Shown piece after piece: positions 30,215-40,673 of a stretch of 64,000 nucleotides of DNA. Origin of the DNA: an uncultured Bacillales bacterium. Its GTDB lineage: Bacteria > Bacillota_I > Bacilli_A > RF39 > UBA660. Within the stretch, counting starts at the first letter, position 1, and every line of letters starts with the position of its first letter. The DNA is taken from assembly GCA_949948745.1 (NCBI GenBank), contig CATLHA010000004.1, positions 4,261 to 68,260 of the forward strand. The letters are read 5' to 3'. The position numbers were made by a program, and so were the translations under genes. The notes beneath the pieces were generated by a model. It worked only from the letters and a program-made list of their open reading frames with translations, was not told where the DNA came from and did not search any database.

Positions 30215-30790
30215 ATGTGGAAATATGAAAAAAGATTACAATATCCAGTATCTATTAGAAAAAAAGATTTAGCTTTTGCTAAACAATTAATTACACAATA
30301 TGGTGGTTTTGCTGGTGAATTAGCTGCTGCATTAAGATATTTAAATCAAAGATATACAATGCCAGATAATAGAGGAAAAGCCCTACTTACAGATATTGGA
30401 ACAGAGGAACTTGCCCATGTGGAAATTTTATCAACAATGTTATACCAATTGATGAAAGATGCAACACCAGAAGAAATGAAAGCAGCAGGACTTGCTAGTC
30501 ATTATGCAGAACATAGAAATGCGATTTATCCACTAGATGCAAATGGAGTACCTTTCACAGTAACTTATTTTGCTACTACGGGTGATCCACTAGCAGATTT
30601 AAGTGAAGATATGGCAGCAGAAGAAAAAGCAAGAGCAGTGTATGAAAGTTTAATCGATTTAACAGATAATCCAGATATTATCGGACCACTTCTTTGGTTA
30701 AGACAAAGAGAAATTGTACACTTCAATCGATTTAAAGAGCTTTATGATGATTACAAAAAAAATATGAATGCAATTCAGCCTAGATCATAA
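30215..30790 (+). CDS. cotJC: Spore coat manganese catalase-like protein CotJC
   Basis: Start MWKYEKRLQYPV 1 nt after the cotJB stop; QYGG.GEL, DIGTEELAH, EDMAAE, REIVHF. Confidence 0.93.
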   Translation: MWKYEKRLQYPVSIRKKDLAFAKQLITQYGGFAGELAAALRYLNQRYTMPDNRGKALLTDIGTEELAHVEILSTMLYQLMKDATPEEMKAAGLASHYAEHRNAIYPLDANGVPFTVTYFATTGDPLADLSEDMAAEEKARAVYESLIDLTDNPDIIGPLLWLRQREIVHFNRFKELYDDYKKNMNAIQPRS

Positions 30791-30802
30791 AAAATAAAAA
30801 TC

Positions 30803-32467
30803 CTAAGAGATATGATATTTTTCTCTTAAGATTTTTTTTACTTTCTTATTATTTTCTTCAGGAAAAGGAAGAGGCATAGGGCCATAATAATTAACTTCCA
30901 TTTCATCATATATACTTTGAAGCATATCTAATTGGAAATAGTATTCCTGAACAAAAGGAGATTGATCATCCTTTTCCCTAAGTAATTGTTTTAAATTATT
31001 TCTTTTAATTAAATCGGCTATGACATTTACAATTTCACTAATTTCTTCTAATAAATTTGCAGGAATATTTTCGAGTAAGGAATCTTTGTCATGATCCATC
31101 AAATATTTTTTAATAACACGATTAAATTTATAATGGAGAGGTAAGATTAAATTTTTGACTAATAAGTCAGAATTATAACTATAAACATCTTCATTTACAA
31201 TTCTTTCATCCTCTAATAAATAAGTAAATTCATGTAGGATATCACGAATTGCGATTCCATGTAAATCAGTAATAGTTTCATTAAAATTCTCATGAATAAA
31301 TAATTTATCATCGTATGGATTTTTCATTTCATTATAAACTTGAAAACCTAAAACCATCCCATATAAAACATCTAAAGCTGCACCATTTGTGTGAACCAAT
31401 TCATGAAATAAAGCATAATCTAATTTTCCACAAATACTAGAATCAAGATAAAAAAGAATGATATTTGTATAACCATACATATTTTCCTTGAAATAAGTTA
31501 ATACAGATTGAGAACATAATTTCTTCTTTCTCATTGCATCCAGTAGGTTATTCACACTACAATATTTTAAATCTCTGATATTAGAAATACGATTTATATT
31601 AATTATATTCTCAGTTACAAATTCACCTTCTAATTCTTTAAGGACCTCTTCTTTAATCTTTACAAATCTTTTTACTAAAGAAACATCTGGAACAATTCTT
31701 TGAATAGATTCATCTTCTAATAATTTTTTATAAGCATCTCTTGCATTACCACTAGGAATCTGAACACCAAAAGCTTCAAAATATTTTAATCTAGAGTACA
31801 AATTTTCTAAAGAAAGAGAATCAACGTCAGTATCGGTATCAAAAAATTCAATAGGATAAAAATAATTTCCAGTTTCTGGTAATAATCGATTTACTAAATG
31901 AATTTCTCTATGAAAAGTAATAATATCATATGGAAGAAATCCAAGTATTCTATGTAATATTAAATCTCTTTTCTTTGAACAAAAACTATGATAAGAATCC
32001 AATTGTTGTTTTGCAAAATCTTTTAAGTATGAGTAACGGCTTAAGGTCTTTTCATATTGCTCAAGAACTTCATAATACAAAGATACTTCCTTTTCTGTTG
32101 CTCCTTCGTTTGATAAAATACTATTTTCTTCGTCCTCAAAGTAGGATTCTCCAAAATAATAGGAACAGATTTCTTGAGTTTTTTCATCCATTCTAGAACT
32201 ATTATTCCAATCTTTATTAAAAGAAATTTCTAATTTTGATAAATATTCTAAAGCAAAGTAATTTTGCAATTTTCTTTTCAAATTTTTGTAATAACCATCT
32301 AATGAGGTAGGATGAATATAGTTAAGAAAATTAAAATCTTTTAATCGAAAAGATACAATATCACGATATTCTTCTCCATAAAAGCAAACAAACAATTCAA
32401 TAAATAAATCTATATAATCGTTAATCTTAATATCTGTCAAATCAATTTGAAAGTCTGTTAAACCCAT
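30803..32467 (-). CDS. Hypothetical protein with gluzincin-type metallopeptidase motif
   Basis: FHELVH plus downstream FNETITD; start moved to MGLTDF after AGGTGGTG SD. Confidence 0.65.
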   Translation of the reverse strand: MGLTDFQIDLTDIKINDYIDLFIELFVCFYGEEYRDIVSFRLKDFNFLNYIHPTSLDGYYKNLKRKLQNYFALEYLSKLEISFNKDWNNSSRMDEKTQEICSYYFGESYFEDEENSILSNEGATEKEVSLYYEVLEQYEKTLSRYSYLKDFAKQQLDSYHSFCSKKRDLILHRILGFLPYDIITFHREIHLVNRLLPETGNYFYPIEFFDTDTDVDSLSLENLYSRLKYFEAFGVQIPSGNARDAYKKLLEDESIQRIVPDVSLVKRFVKIKEEVLKELEGEFVTENIININRISNIRDLKYCSVNNLLDAMRKKKLCSQSVLTYFKENMYGYTNIILFYLDSSICGKLDYALFHELVHTNGAALDVLYGMVLGFQVYNEMKNPYDDKLFIHENFNETITDLHGIAIRDILHEFTYLLEDERIVNEDVYSYNSDLLVKNLILPLHYKFNRVIKKYLMDHDKDSLLENIPANLLEEISEIVNVIADLIKRNNLKQLLREKDDQSPFVQEYYFQLDMLQSIYDEMEVNYYGPMPLPFPEENNKKVKKILREKYHIS

Positions 32468-32569
32468 AATTTCACCACCTAAAAAGTAAATATTATTATA
32501 TGTTATAAAAGATAAAATGTATATAAATAATGGTATATTTATGTTAAAATATTTGAAGAAGGTGATGAT

Positions 32570-33367
32570 ATGGAGAAAATTATTATGCTTGGAGTAGGAC
32601 ATGGAGCGACACTTGATTTATATAATACTTGTTTTGTAATCCAAAATGAAGGTGGAAATTTTTTAATAGATACAGGAGGAAGTATAGAAATCGTAAAAAG
32701 ATTAAATCAAATGAATATTGAACTTTCTTCTATTAAAGATATTTTTGTTTCTCATTCTCATACAGATCATTTATTAGGATTAATATGGATGTTTAAGAGA
32801 ATGGCAACTCTAAAACTAGACTCTAATCATAAAGTGAATTTATATTGTAATGATTTAACATATGATGCGATAATAAAGGTAGCAGAACAAGTTTTATCAG
32901 AAGGACTAATTAAAAAGGTATTCAGTAACTTTAATATTCAAATATTAACAGATGGAAATAAAAAAATAATTCATAATATAGAATATACTTTCTTTGATAT
33001 TAGGGCAAAAGGACCAAAACAATATGGTTTTGAATGTACCTTAAATAATAAAAAATTAGTATTTTTAGGGGACGAACCACTAAATAAAGAATTATTTGAT
33101 AGAGTAAAAAATAGCGATTATGTAATGCACGAAGCTTTTTGTCTAGATAGTGAACAAGATATTTTTCATCCATATGAAAAAAATCATTCAACCGCAAAAA
33201 GTGCCTGCGAAGTGATGAATGAATTAAATGTAAAAAATATTATTTTATATCATACAGAGGAAAGTCATAAAGAAAAAAGAAAAGAATTATATATAGAAGA
33301 AGGAAAAAAATATTTTAATGGAAATGTTTTAGTTCCAAACGATTTAGAAATCCTAGAATTAAAATAA
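32570..33367 (+). CDS. MBL-fold metallohydrolase (RNase Z/BN-like)
   Basis: LIDTG, SHSHTDH, FLGD, HEA, NHST, LYH. Confidence 0.88.
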   Translation: MEKIIMLGVGHGATLDLYNTCFVIQNEGGNFLIDTGGSIEIVKRLNQMNIELSSIKDIFVSHSHTDHLLGLIWMFKRMATLKLDSNHKVNLYCNDLTYDAIIKVAEQVLSEGLIKKVFSNFNIQILTDGNKKIIHNIEYTFFDIRAKGPKQYGFECTLNNKKLVFLGDEPLNKELFDRVKNSDYVMHEAFCLDSEQDIFHPYEKNHSTAKSACEVMNELNVKNIILYHTEESHKEKRKELYIEEGKKYFNGNVLVPNDLEILELK

Positions 33368-33517
33368 GTATGAATCAGATAATTAGTGTAACAGGTGGGA
33401 AAGTGAATTAGAAAACAAATTAGTAAAATATTAATGAAAAATACCTTAATATGGTATTTTTTTCTTGAACTAAAATATTGAAATGCTAGAATAAGTCAAA
33501 TACAAGGGGGAGAAATT

Positions 33518-34114
33518 ATGAGAGTATATCGAATTATATCCACAAGAGAAATTACAAATATGTATAAAGGTATTAATGAAAAACATGCAGTAGTACAGGG
33601 AGAAAATACTCACCAATATGAGAAAAACACTTCCTATATTCATTTCTTTCGATATTATGAATCCGCAGAATATTATTTTAAAAGATATCGTGTATCCATG
33701 AATAAATTAGATAAATATGTCCTATATATGACTGCAAATATTCCAAACGAAATTTTAAGAAAAAGAATTGGATATGGATTTTATAATATAGAAGAAAGGC
33801 CTTTTGATTGTTATAATATTCCAATCCCAGAATATGCATTAAAAGAAGAAGAAATGAGTCCAGAGTATATTATAGAAGTAAACAATTTTGTAAAGTATGA
33901 ATATAAAAATCCAAAAGAAGAATATTTAAAATATTTGGAATTAATGAGAAGACTTTCCAAACAATATGATTATGATTTTCATAAAATAGCGACATATCTA
34001 GTGCAAAACAATTTAGAAGAATTATTAGGGGTAACAGATGATAATAGAACAGAGTCACAAATATTTGATGAGAAGTTAAAACAATTATCCAAAATATTTC
34101 CATTATATGACTAA
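33518..34114 (+). CDS. Hypothetical protein, possible ADP-ribosyltransferase-like fold
   Basis: 198-aa ORF with AGGGGG SD and TGCTAGAAT -10; VYR...E, YIHFF...A..Y, PEY pattern. Confidence 0.6.
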   Translation: MRVYRIISTREITNMYKGINEKHAVVQGENTHQYEKNTSYIHFFRYYESAEYYFKRYRVSMNKLDKYVLYMTANIPNEILRKRIGYGFYNIEERPFDCYNIPIPEYALKEEEMSPEYIIEVNNFVKYEYKNPKEEYLKYLELMRRLSKQYDYDFHKIATYLVQNNLEELLGVTDDNRTESQIFDEKLKQLSKIFPLYD

Positions 34115-34213
34115 ATAAAATTAATTAGGGTCTTCCATAGAAAATGGTTTCTATGTTATGATTATAGTGTAAAGAAAATATAATAAGAATCAACGAGATA
34201 GGGGGAGTGTTCG

Positions 34214-34504
34214 TTGGAAGGAAGTAGTTATTATAGAGTTTACATTATGTATCATGATAAAATGCTTGGAATAACCGAGAAATTAAGTGAAGTAGTTGAA
34301 ATGATAGAAGATAGTATGAGAGAAATTAAGAATGGTCGATATATGATTATTCAACATTTCAACGAATTAAATATGGACAATCCATTTGGAACAATTTCTA
34401 ATCCGCAAGAACTTTTAAAATTAAAAGAAAAGGCAACTTTAGAGGAACAAACAACAGAGGGAAAAAAAGACGATGTATCCAGAAGAGTTAAAGTTCTTCA
34501 TTGA
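34214..34504 (+). CDS. Small hypothetical protein (TTG start)
   Basis: AGGGGGAG SD upstream. Confidence 0.55.
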   Translation: MEGSSYYRVYIMYHDKMLGITEKLSEVVEMIEDSMREIKNGRYMIIQHFNELNMDNPFGTISNPQELLKLKEKATLEEQTTEGKKDDVSRRVKVLH

Positions 34505-34715
34505 AGGAAGAAAATGTAAAATAGGCGGAGAAGATTTATTAAGAGTAATATCAGTGAGTGAAAATCCACAATTAAGCCATATTAACTATAATGTAGGAGA
34601 AAATAAATACAGGATGTGGGATAGATATGGAAACTATTATGAATTTGAACCGATACCATATGAAGAAGTGGAAAAAGCAAAAAAATTAATCAAAAAGAAG
34701 AAAATTATTAATTGA
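34473..34715 (+). CDS. Small hypothetical protein
   Basis: GAGGG SD inside the upstream ORF, 32-nt overlap. Confidence 0.6.
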   Translation: MYPEELKFFIEGRKCKIGGEDLLRVISVSENPQLSHINYNVGENKYRMWDRYGNYYEFEPIPYEEVEKAKKLIKKKKIIN

Positions 34716-34920
34716 TTTTCTTCTTTTTTCTGTGATAAAAATTCCTCTGTTCGCTAGGAAAGTAAAAGGAAATATGTTATATTAAATACGAATTAAAAGA
34801 GCGAAAAATTTAGAATAATAAAAATTAATTAATAAATAAGATTGACATTCTAACCAATAATAATCTTCATCTAACTATAATTATTTTTATTATTATATTA
34901 GATAGGGGGGGAAGGAGTCT

Positions 34921-36645
34921 ATGCTTTCAAAAGAAGAAACTTTAGAAAAGATAAATATATCATTACCGAGTTATGCAGCAGAAAAAATAAGTTATGCATC
35001 AGACTCAAAATTTCAAGAAAAAGAAGAAATACTAAACAAAATTTTAAAAATGCGTAGAATTGCATCTAGTAGTTATTATGATCCATCATTTAGAAACGTA
35101 GACTATTTTAAAATTAGAAGTTATATATTCCTACAACAAGCAAAGTTAATGGAAGATGTAGTTGATAATTATGATAGGGTAGTTACTCCAGAATATTCTT
35201 ACTTTTGGAATTATGAATCTTTAGAAATTCCAGAACTTCGTACCTATTTTACTTGGAGAACTAAAATTAGAAAAGGGGAATATCCAAAAGTTCCAACAGG
35301 ATATATTTTAATATATTTGAGTGAATTAATTAATTTGGTTGGAGTATCAAGTACAGAAGAGGCATTCAATAAAATTGCAGAATTAGTAAACTTTTATTAT
35401 GATGATATACCCGAAATATTCTTTCAAAGGATATTTGAAAAATTACCAAAAGACTTTGTAATTAATTATGGTCTTTCCATAGAAAAATTACAAAAAGTAA
35501 AAATAAAAGAAGATTTTACAAATCATTATGGATTATCTATATATCGAGAAGAAAACATAAAAAAAGAATCAAAAGAGGATACGGATAATTATTATAAATC
35601 CATGTTAAAAGTGTATAAAAAAGATTACACAGATATTTTAAAATACTTAGCTAAAAACTCAAATTATAAAATACTAAATAGTAAATTTTATGAGACAAAA
35701 TATGGATTTTTAATAGAAAAGATAATTCCAGATGTGTTTAATGCTTTAGATACTTATTTTAAAGAAAAAGATTTAGATTTTGCAACTACAGTATTAGGAA
35801 AAAAAGAAAAAAATTCAAAGTATCAATTATTTCAAAATCTTCCATATTATGAAACTAGAGAAAAAGTAAATTTTTTAACTGTAATATCAGAAATAGAAGA
35901 ATATCATCTCCAAGATAAAGAATGTATTGCACGTATTTATATGACAAATCCAAATACAAGAATATTTCTTGGAATTATCCTAAAACAGATTGAAGCAAGA
36001 CTACGCGAAAAAACAAGATATAAGAGAAAGATTGGGGTAAATCTAGAAGATTTAGAAAAATTACCGATAAAAAGAAATGTTCTTTGCAAGAAGATAAAAG
36101 AAGAAAGATTTCTAGAAGTCATTAATCAAGCAGTGGACAATTTCTTAATTGAAAAACAAAAAGAGTTAAAAAAAGAAATGATAGATCGTAGGAAAAGTGA
36201 AATTTTAATCGATGCATCAACTTTTGATTCTATTCGTGAATCTACTCTTCGTATTCAAGAAAAATTAATAACAGAAGAAGAAAAACAAGAAGATTTAGAT
36301 ATAGAGGAACAATCTATAGAAGAGGCATTCGAAAATAAAATAAAAATAGAAGAAATTCCAGAACAGGAAACAATCATTGAAATGGGAACTTTAGGATTTT
36401 TAAAAAGTCTTACAAACTTAGAATTCGACATTCTAAATAAAATCATTCATAACACTACAAGAAATGAATTAGAACAGCTGGCAAAGAAAAATACATTACT
36501 GCTTGAAGTTTTAATTGAAAATATTAATTTAAAGGCACTAGATTATATGGGAGATAACTTAATAGAAGATGTAATTGATAGGATAGATATTTATGAAGAT
36601 TATATAGATGAAATAAAAACAGAAATAGAAAAAATGGAGGTTTAA
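34921..36645 (+). CDS. sngA: TerB N-terminal / TerB-C domain protein (Shango SngA-like)
   Basis: FLQQAKLMED, LRTYFTWRTKIRKG, YILIYLSELINLVG (TerB_N); C-terminal LIENIN...GDNLIE...IYEDY (TerB_C). Confidence 0.8.
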   Translation: MLSKEETLEKINISLPSYAAEKISYASDSKFQEKEEILNKILKMRRIASSSYYDPSFRNVDYFKIRSYIFLQQAKLMEDVVDNYDRVVTPEYSYFWNYESLEIPELRTYFTWRTKIRKGEYPKVPTGYILIYLSELINLVGVSSTEEAFNKIAELVNFYYDDIPEIFFQRIFEKLPKDFVINYGLSIEKLQKVKIKEDFTNHYGLSIYREENIKKESKEDTDNYYKSMLKVYKKDYTDILKYLAKNSNYKILNSKFYETKYGFLIEKIIPDVFNALDTYFKEKDLDFATTVLGKKEKNSKYQLFQNLPYYETREKVNFLTVISEIEEYHLQDKECIARIYMTNPNTRIFLGIILKQIEARLREKTRYKRKIGVNLEDLEKLPIKRNVLCKKIKEERFLEVINQAVDNFLIEKQKELKKEMIDRRKSEILIDASTFDSIRESTLRIQEKLITEEEKQEDLDIEEQSIEEAFENKIKIEEIPEQETIIEMGTLGFLKSLTNLEFDILNKIIHNTTRNELEQLAKKNTLLLEVLIENINLKALDYMGDNLIEDVIDRIDIYEDYIDEIKTEIEKMEV

Positions 36646-36646
36646 T

Positions 36647-37969
36647 ATGGGACAAAAGATACCAAGAAGAATAGCAACAATACTTTTAAATTCTCTAAAA
36701 GGAGGAGTAGTTCCAAGAACTGGACTTGGATATATCGCAGTAGGAAGAGAAAAAGAAATTAATGCGTTATTAAATGATGTTAAAATTATAGAAGATGGCG
36801 GTGCAACATTTCGCTTTATTGTAGGAAAATATGGAAGTGGAAAAAGTTTCTTACTTCAAACAATTAGAAATCATGTGATGGATCAAGGTTTTGTTGTATT
36901 AGATGGAGATCTTTCACCAGAAAGAAGATTAACAGGAACTAAGGGACAAGGATTAGCTACTTATAGAGAATTAATTTCCAATATGTCAACCAAGACTAAA
37001 CCAGATGGAGGAGCTTTACCATTAATTTTAGAAAAATGGATTTCTTCCATTCAAAGTGAAGTTATGACAACTTTAAATATTTCTCCATCAGATGAAATGT
37101 TCCAAAAACAGGTAGAAATCAAAATATATGAAGTAGTCAATAAAATTGAAGGAATGGTTCATGGATTTGATTTTGCGAAAGTAATTAGTAAATACTGGAT
37201 TGGATATAAAAACGGGGATGATGAAAAGAAAAATAATGCTTTAAAATGGTTACGTGGAGAGTATCAAACAAAAACAGAATGTAAGCAAGATTTAGATGTG
37301 AATATTATTATTACTGATGATAATTGGTATGACTATATCAAAATATTAGCGGTATTTATGGTAGGAGCTGGATATAAGGGAATGCTTCTTTTAATTGATG
37401 AGTTAGTAAATCTTTATAAAATTCCAACATCAGTTACAAGACAATATAATTATGAAAAAATACTAACTATGTATAACGATACACTTCAGGGAAAAGCAAA
37501 ATATTTAGGAATTATTATGGGTGGTACTCCACAATGTGTAGAAGACGAAAGACGTGGAATTTTTAGCTATGAAGCATTAAAATCAAGGTTAGAAGATAGT
37601 AGATTTGCTAATGATGAAGAAAGAGATTTTCTAGCACCTATTATTCGTCTAAAACCATTAACACCATCTGAAATGACCATTTTAGTAGAAAAATTAACAA
37701 ATATTCATGCAGATTTGTATGAGTATGAAAGAAAAATTACAGAACAAGAATTGATTGAATTTATTAAAATAGAATTTAGTAGAATAGGTGCAACTACTAA
37801 TATTACACCACGAGAGATTATTCGTGATTTTATAGAGTTATTGAATACGTTATATCAATATCCTGAAAAGACACTTTTATCAATCATTCAAAGTGATAGT
37901 TTTACTTATGCGACAGGAGAAAATTCTGAAGAAGAAATAACGGAAGAATTTGCAAGTTTTGAGTTATGA
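36647..37969 (+). CDS. sngB: DUF2791 / BrxD-like P-loop ATPase (Shango SngB-like)
   Basis: SLKGGVVPRTGL, GKYGSGKSF, LSPERRL, LLIDE, SYEALKSRL, TPRE. Confidence 0.85.
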   Translation: MGQKIPRRIATILLNSLKGGVVPRTGLGYIAVGREKEINALLNDVKIIEDGGATFRFIVGKYGSGKSFLLQTIRNHVMDQGFVVLDGDLSPERRLTGTKGQGLATYRELISNMSTKTKPDGGALPLILEKWISSIQSEVMTTLNISPSDEMFQKQVEIKIYEVVNKIEGMVHGFDFAKVISKYWIGYKNGDDEKKNNALKWLRGEYQTKTECKQDLDVNIIITDDNWYDYIKILAVFMVGAGYKGMLLLIDELVNLYKIPTSVTRQYNYEKILTMYNDTLQGKAKYLGIIMGGTPQCVEDERRGIFSYEALKSRLEDSRFANDEERDFLAPIIRLKPLTPSEMTILVEKLTNIHADLYEYERKITEQELIEFIKIEFSRIGATTNITPREIIRDFIELLNTLYQYPEKTLLSIIQSDSFTYATGENSEEEITEEFASFEL

Positions 37970-40107
37970 GTGCATTTGATGAATTAGCACCATTTATTAG
38001 AGATTATATTTATAGAAATCGTTGGGAAAATTTAAGAAATATTCAGGTTGCAGCGATTGACGTGATTTTACATACAGATGAAAATTTACTACTCTCAACA
38101 GGAACAGCAAGTGGAAAAACAGAAGCAGCGTTTTTACCAATCTTAACAGATCTTTATAATAATCCATCTACTTCTGTTGGAGTACTCTATATCAGTCCAT
38201 TAAAGGCCTTAATCAATGATCAATTTGAGCGTTTAACAGATTTATTAATCGAAGCGGATTTTCCAGTATATAAGTGGCATGGAGATGTTTCAGATAGTCA
38301 CAAAAACAAATTGAGAAAAAATCCAAGAGGTCTTTTACAAATTACTCCAGAGTCATTAGAATCCATGCTAACTTATCGAAAACAGGAAGCGATTGCCTTA
38401 TTTTCGGATTTAAGATATATCGTAATTGATGAGGTTCATTATTTTATGGGAGAAAATAGAGGAATTCAATTACTTTGTTTACTAGAAAGACTATCTAGAT
38501 TAACAAACATGAATCCGAGAAGAATTGGATTAAGTGCAACCGTTGGAAATAAAGTAGAAGTAGCAAAATGGTTGTCAGAAGGTAGTAATAGAGATTGTGT
38601 AGTCCCACAAGTAGAAAACGATAAAAGAACAGTTCATTTAATGATAGATGGAGCAGTAACAGAGGCAGATTATTATGATAAGCTATATCAAATATCCTTT
38701 GGTAAAAGAAGTATCATCTTTTCAAATAGTAGAAGTGAAGTAGAATTAAATATTGCCAATCTAAAATTATTAGCATCTAAGAAAAAAACACCAGATTTAT
38801 ATCTTGCGCATCATGGAAATGTATCAGGTGGATTAAGAGAATATGCAGAACAAAAAATGAAAACAAGTGACATGAAGACAGTTGTTGGTGCCACTGTAAC
38901 TTTAGAACTTGGGATTGACGTAGGGGACTTAGAGAGAATTATTGAAACAGGAACTCCTTATAGTGCTTCTAGTTTTGTACAACGACTTGGAAGAAGTGGA
39001 AGAAAATCAGGAATTAGTGAAATGATGTTTCTATTCAATAAAAAAGACCAAGATGATACAGAACAAAAAAATAAAGAATTCTACCAACAAATCGATTGGG
39101 ACATGGTTTTTTGCATTGCAATTATAGAATTATATTTAAAGGAAAAATGGGTAGAGCCATTGATTCAAGCCGAGCTTCCATATCCACTTCTATATCATCA
39201 AACAATGTGTCACTTAACCTCCCGTGGAAGTATGTTACCAAAAGAACTAGCCCAATATATGTTAACGCTTTCTCCATTTAAAAAAATTAGTAAAGAAGAT
39301 TATAAAGAGATGCTTTCTTATCTGATTAAAATAAATCAATTAGAACTTGATGAAGAGGGAAACTTACTAATTGGAGAAAAAGGAGAAAGAACTGTTTCCA
39401 GATATCAATTTTTAACAGTCTTTGAAAATGAGATTGAATATTCAGTGCGCTATGAGAGCAAAGAAATAGGAACTATTAATACCTTAGTACCTGTTGGGGA
39501 AACTCTAATTCTAGCTGGAAGTAGTTGGAAAGTATCTGAAATTAATTCAGAAAAAAGGCAAATTTTTGTAAAACCAATTAAAGGAATTTCTAAAAGTTAT
39601 TGGGAGGGTCCTGATGAAATTATTGTTCATACAAAAATTTTAAAAAAGATAAAAGAAATATTAACAACAGAAGAATCATATCCTTATTTAAGACAAAGTG
39701 CAAAAGATTTGCTAGAAAAAAGCAGACAAATATTAAAAAATGCTACGTTAGATCAAGAACATATTGTTATGACTTCCAATCATACATATGCAGTATTTCC
39801 TTATTTAGGAACAAAATCTTTAGTAACACTAAGATATGCTCTTGCCCACTATGGAGTCATATCGCATATCGTGAATATTTATAGAATTCCAGTTTTCCTA
39901 CAAATAGATCAAGAAATATCTAAGGAAGAATTAGAAGATATTTTATTTAAAATTAGAAATTATGAATTAAAAGAAGAGGACTTAGCAGTAGGGGAAGAAG
40001 TAATAAAAGAAAAAAATGTTCAATTTGTTCCTAAAGAACTATCCAAAAAACATTATTTGAAAGATTATATAGAAATTGATATAATGAAAGAAAATTTAGA
40101 ATATTAA
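37966..40107 (+). CDS. sngC: Lhr-like DEAD/DEAH-box SF2 helicase (Shango SngC-like)
   Basis: TASGKTEAA, SPLKALIND, ITPESLE, DEVH, SAT, HHG, TLELGID, QRLGRSGR; ATGA overlap with the ATPase gene. Confidence 0.85.
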   Translation: MSAFDELAPFIRDYIYRNRWENLRNIQVAAIDVILHTDENLLLSTGTASGKTEAAFLPILTDLYNNPSTSVGVLYISPLKALINDQFERLTDLLIEADFPVYKWHGDVSDSHKNKLRKNPRGLLQITPESLESMLTYRKQEAIALFSDLRYIVIDEVHYFMGENRGIQLLCLLERLSRLTNMNPRRIGLSATVGNKVEVAKWLSEGSNRDCVVPQVENDKRTVHLMIDGAVTEADYYDKLYQISFGKRSIIFSNSRSEVELNIANLKLLASKKKTPDLYLAHHGNVSGGLREYAEQKMKTSDMKTVVGATVTLELGIDVGDLERIIETGTPYSASSFVQRLGRSGRKSGISEMMFLFNKKDQDDTEQKNKEFYQQIDWDMVFCIAIIELYLKEKWVEPLIQAELPYPLLYHQTMCHLTSRGSMLPKELAQYMLTLSPFKKISKEDYKEMLSYLIKINQLELDEEGNLLIGEKGERTVSRYQFLTVFENEIEYSVRYESKEIGTINTLVPVGETLILAGSSWKVSEINSEKRQIFVKPIKGISKSYWEGPDEIIVHTKILKKIKEILTTEESYPYLRQSAKDLLEKSRQILKNATLDQEHIVMTSNHTYAVFPYLGTKSLVTLRYALAHYGVISHIVNIYRIPVFLQIDQEISKEELEDILFKIRNYELKEEDLAVGEEVIKEKNVQFVPKELSKKHYLKDYIEIDIMKENLEY

Positions 40108-40120
40108 GGAGAGATATTAC

Positions 40121-40660
40121 ATGGAGGATAAAGAATTATTGGAAGTCGTTAATGAAGAAGGAATTCCGACAGGTATAATCTTATCTAGAAAAGAAATTCA
40201 TCAAAAAAATCTACTACATAATGAAATTGCTGTTTTCATCATAAATAAAGATGGAAAACTACTACTTCAAAAAAGATCCAAATGGAAAAAAAGTAAACCA
40301 TTATGCTGGGGTGCTTCTTGTGCTGGACATGTAGATATTCATGAGAAGGTTACAGATGCTGCTTTAAGAGAATTGAAAGAAGAATTAGGACTTGCAATAG
40401 AAGAACAAGAATTAAATCCATTAATCTTAAATAGACTAAGAAGGGGAAATAAAAATTCCCATATTCGTTCTTGGTATTATGTAGAAACTTCTTATGATAT
40501 CTATGATTTTGTTTTACAAAAAGAAGAAGTAGAAGAAGTACGTTGGTTTGATATCGATGAAGTAATAAAAAATATTGGAAATAGTGAGTTTACATTCAAA
40601 GAAGATAGTATGGAGCCTTTAATTAGATTAAAGGAAATCATAGAAGAAAAATTAATATAG
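40121..40660 (+). CDS. NUDIX hydrolase (IDI/YfcD-like)
   Basis: LLLQKRS, AGHV...AALRELKEELG Nudix box, EVEEVRW. Confidence 0.88.
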   Translation: MEDKELLEVVNEEGIPTGIILSRKEIHQKNLLHNEIAVFIINKDGKLLLQKRSKWKKSKPLCWGASCAGHVDIHEKVTDAALRELKEELGLAIEEQELNPLILNRLRRGNKNSHIRSWYYVETSYDIYDFVLQKEEVEEVRWFDIDEVIKNIGNSEFTFKEDSMEPLIRLKEIIEEKLI

Positions 40661-40673
40661 AAGGAGACAAAAA

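Noticed and set aside
32468-32602. N-terminal extension of the 599-aa minus-strand ORF
   Set aside because: It runs through the divergent promoter region and into the MBL gene; the SD supports a start at 32467
34459-34470. Slippery G GGA AAA AAA sequence in the overlap of the two small ORFs
   Set aside because: A -1 shift meets a stop after 7 codons; the second ORF is in the +1 frame and has its own SD and ATG
737-34760. Shared ttcct...cgctaggaa mini-hairpin at 737-750 and 34742-34760
   Set aside because: Only two copies with a 10-bp identical core, in different orientation relative to downstream genes; cannot be distinguished from chance without a genome-wide search
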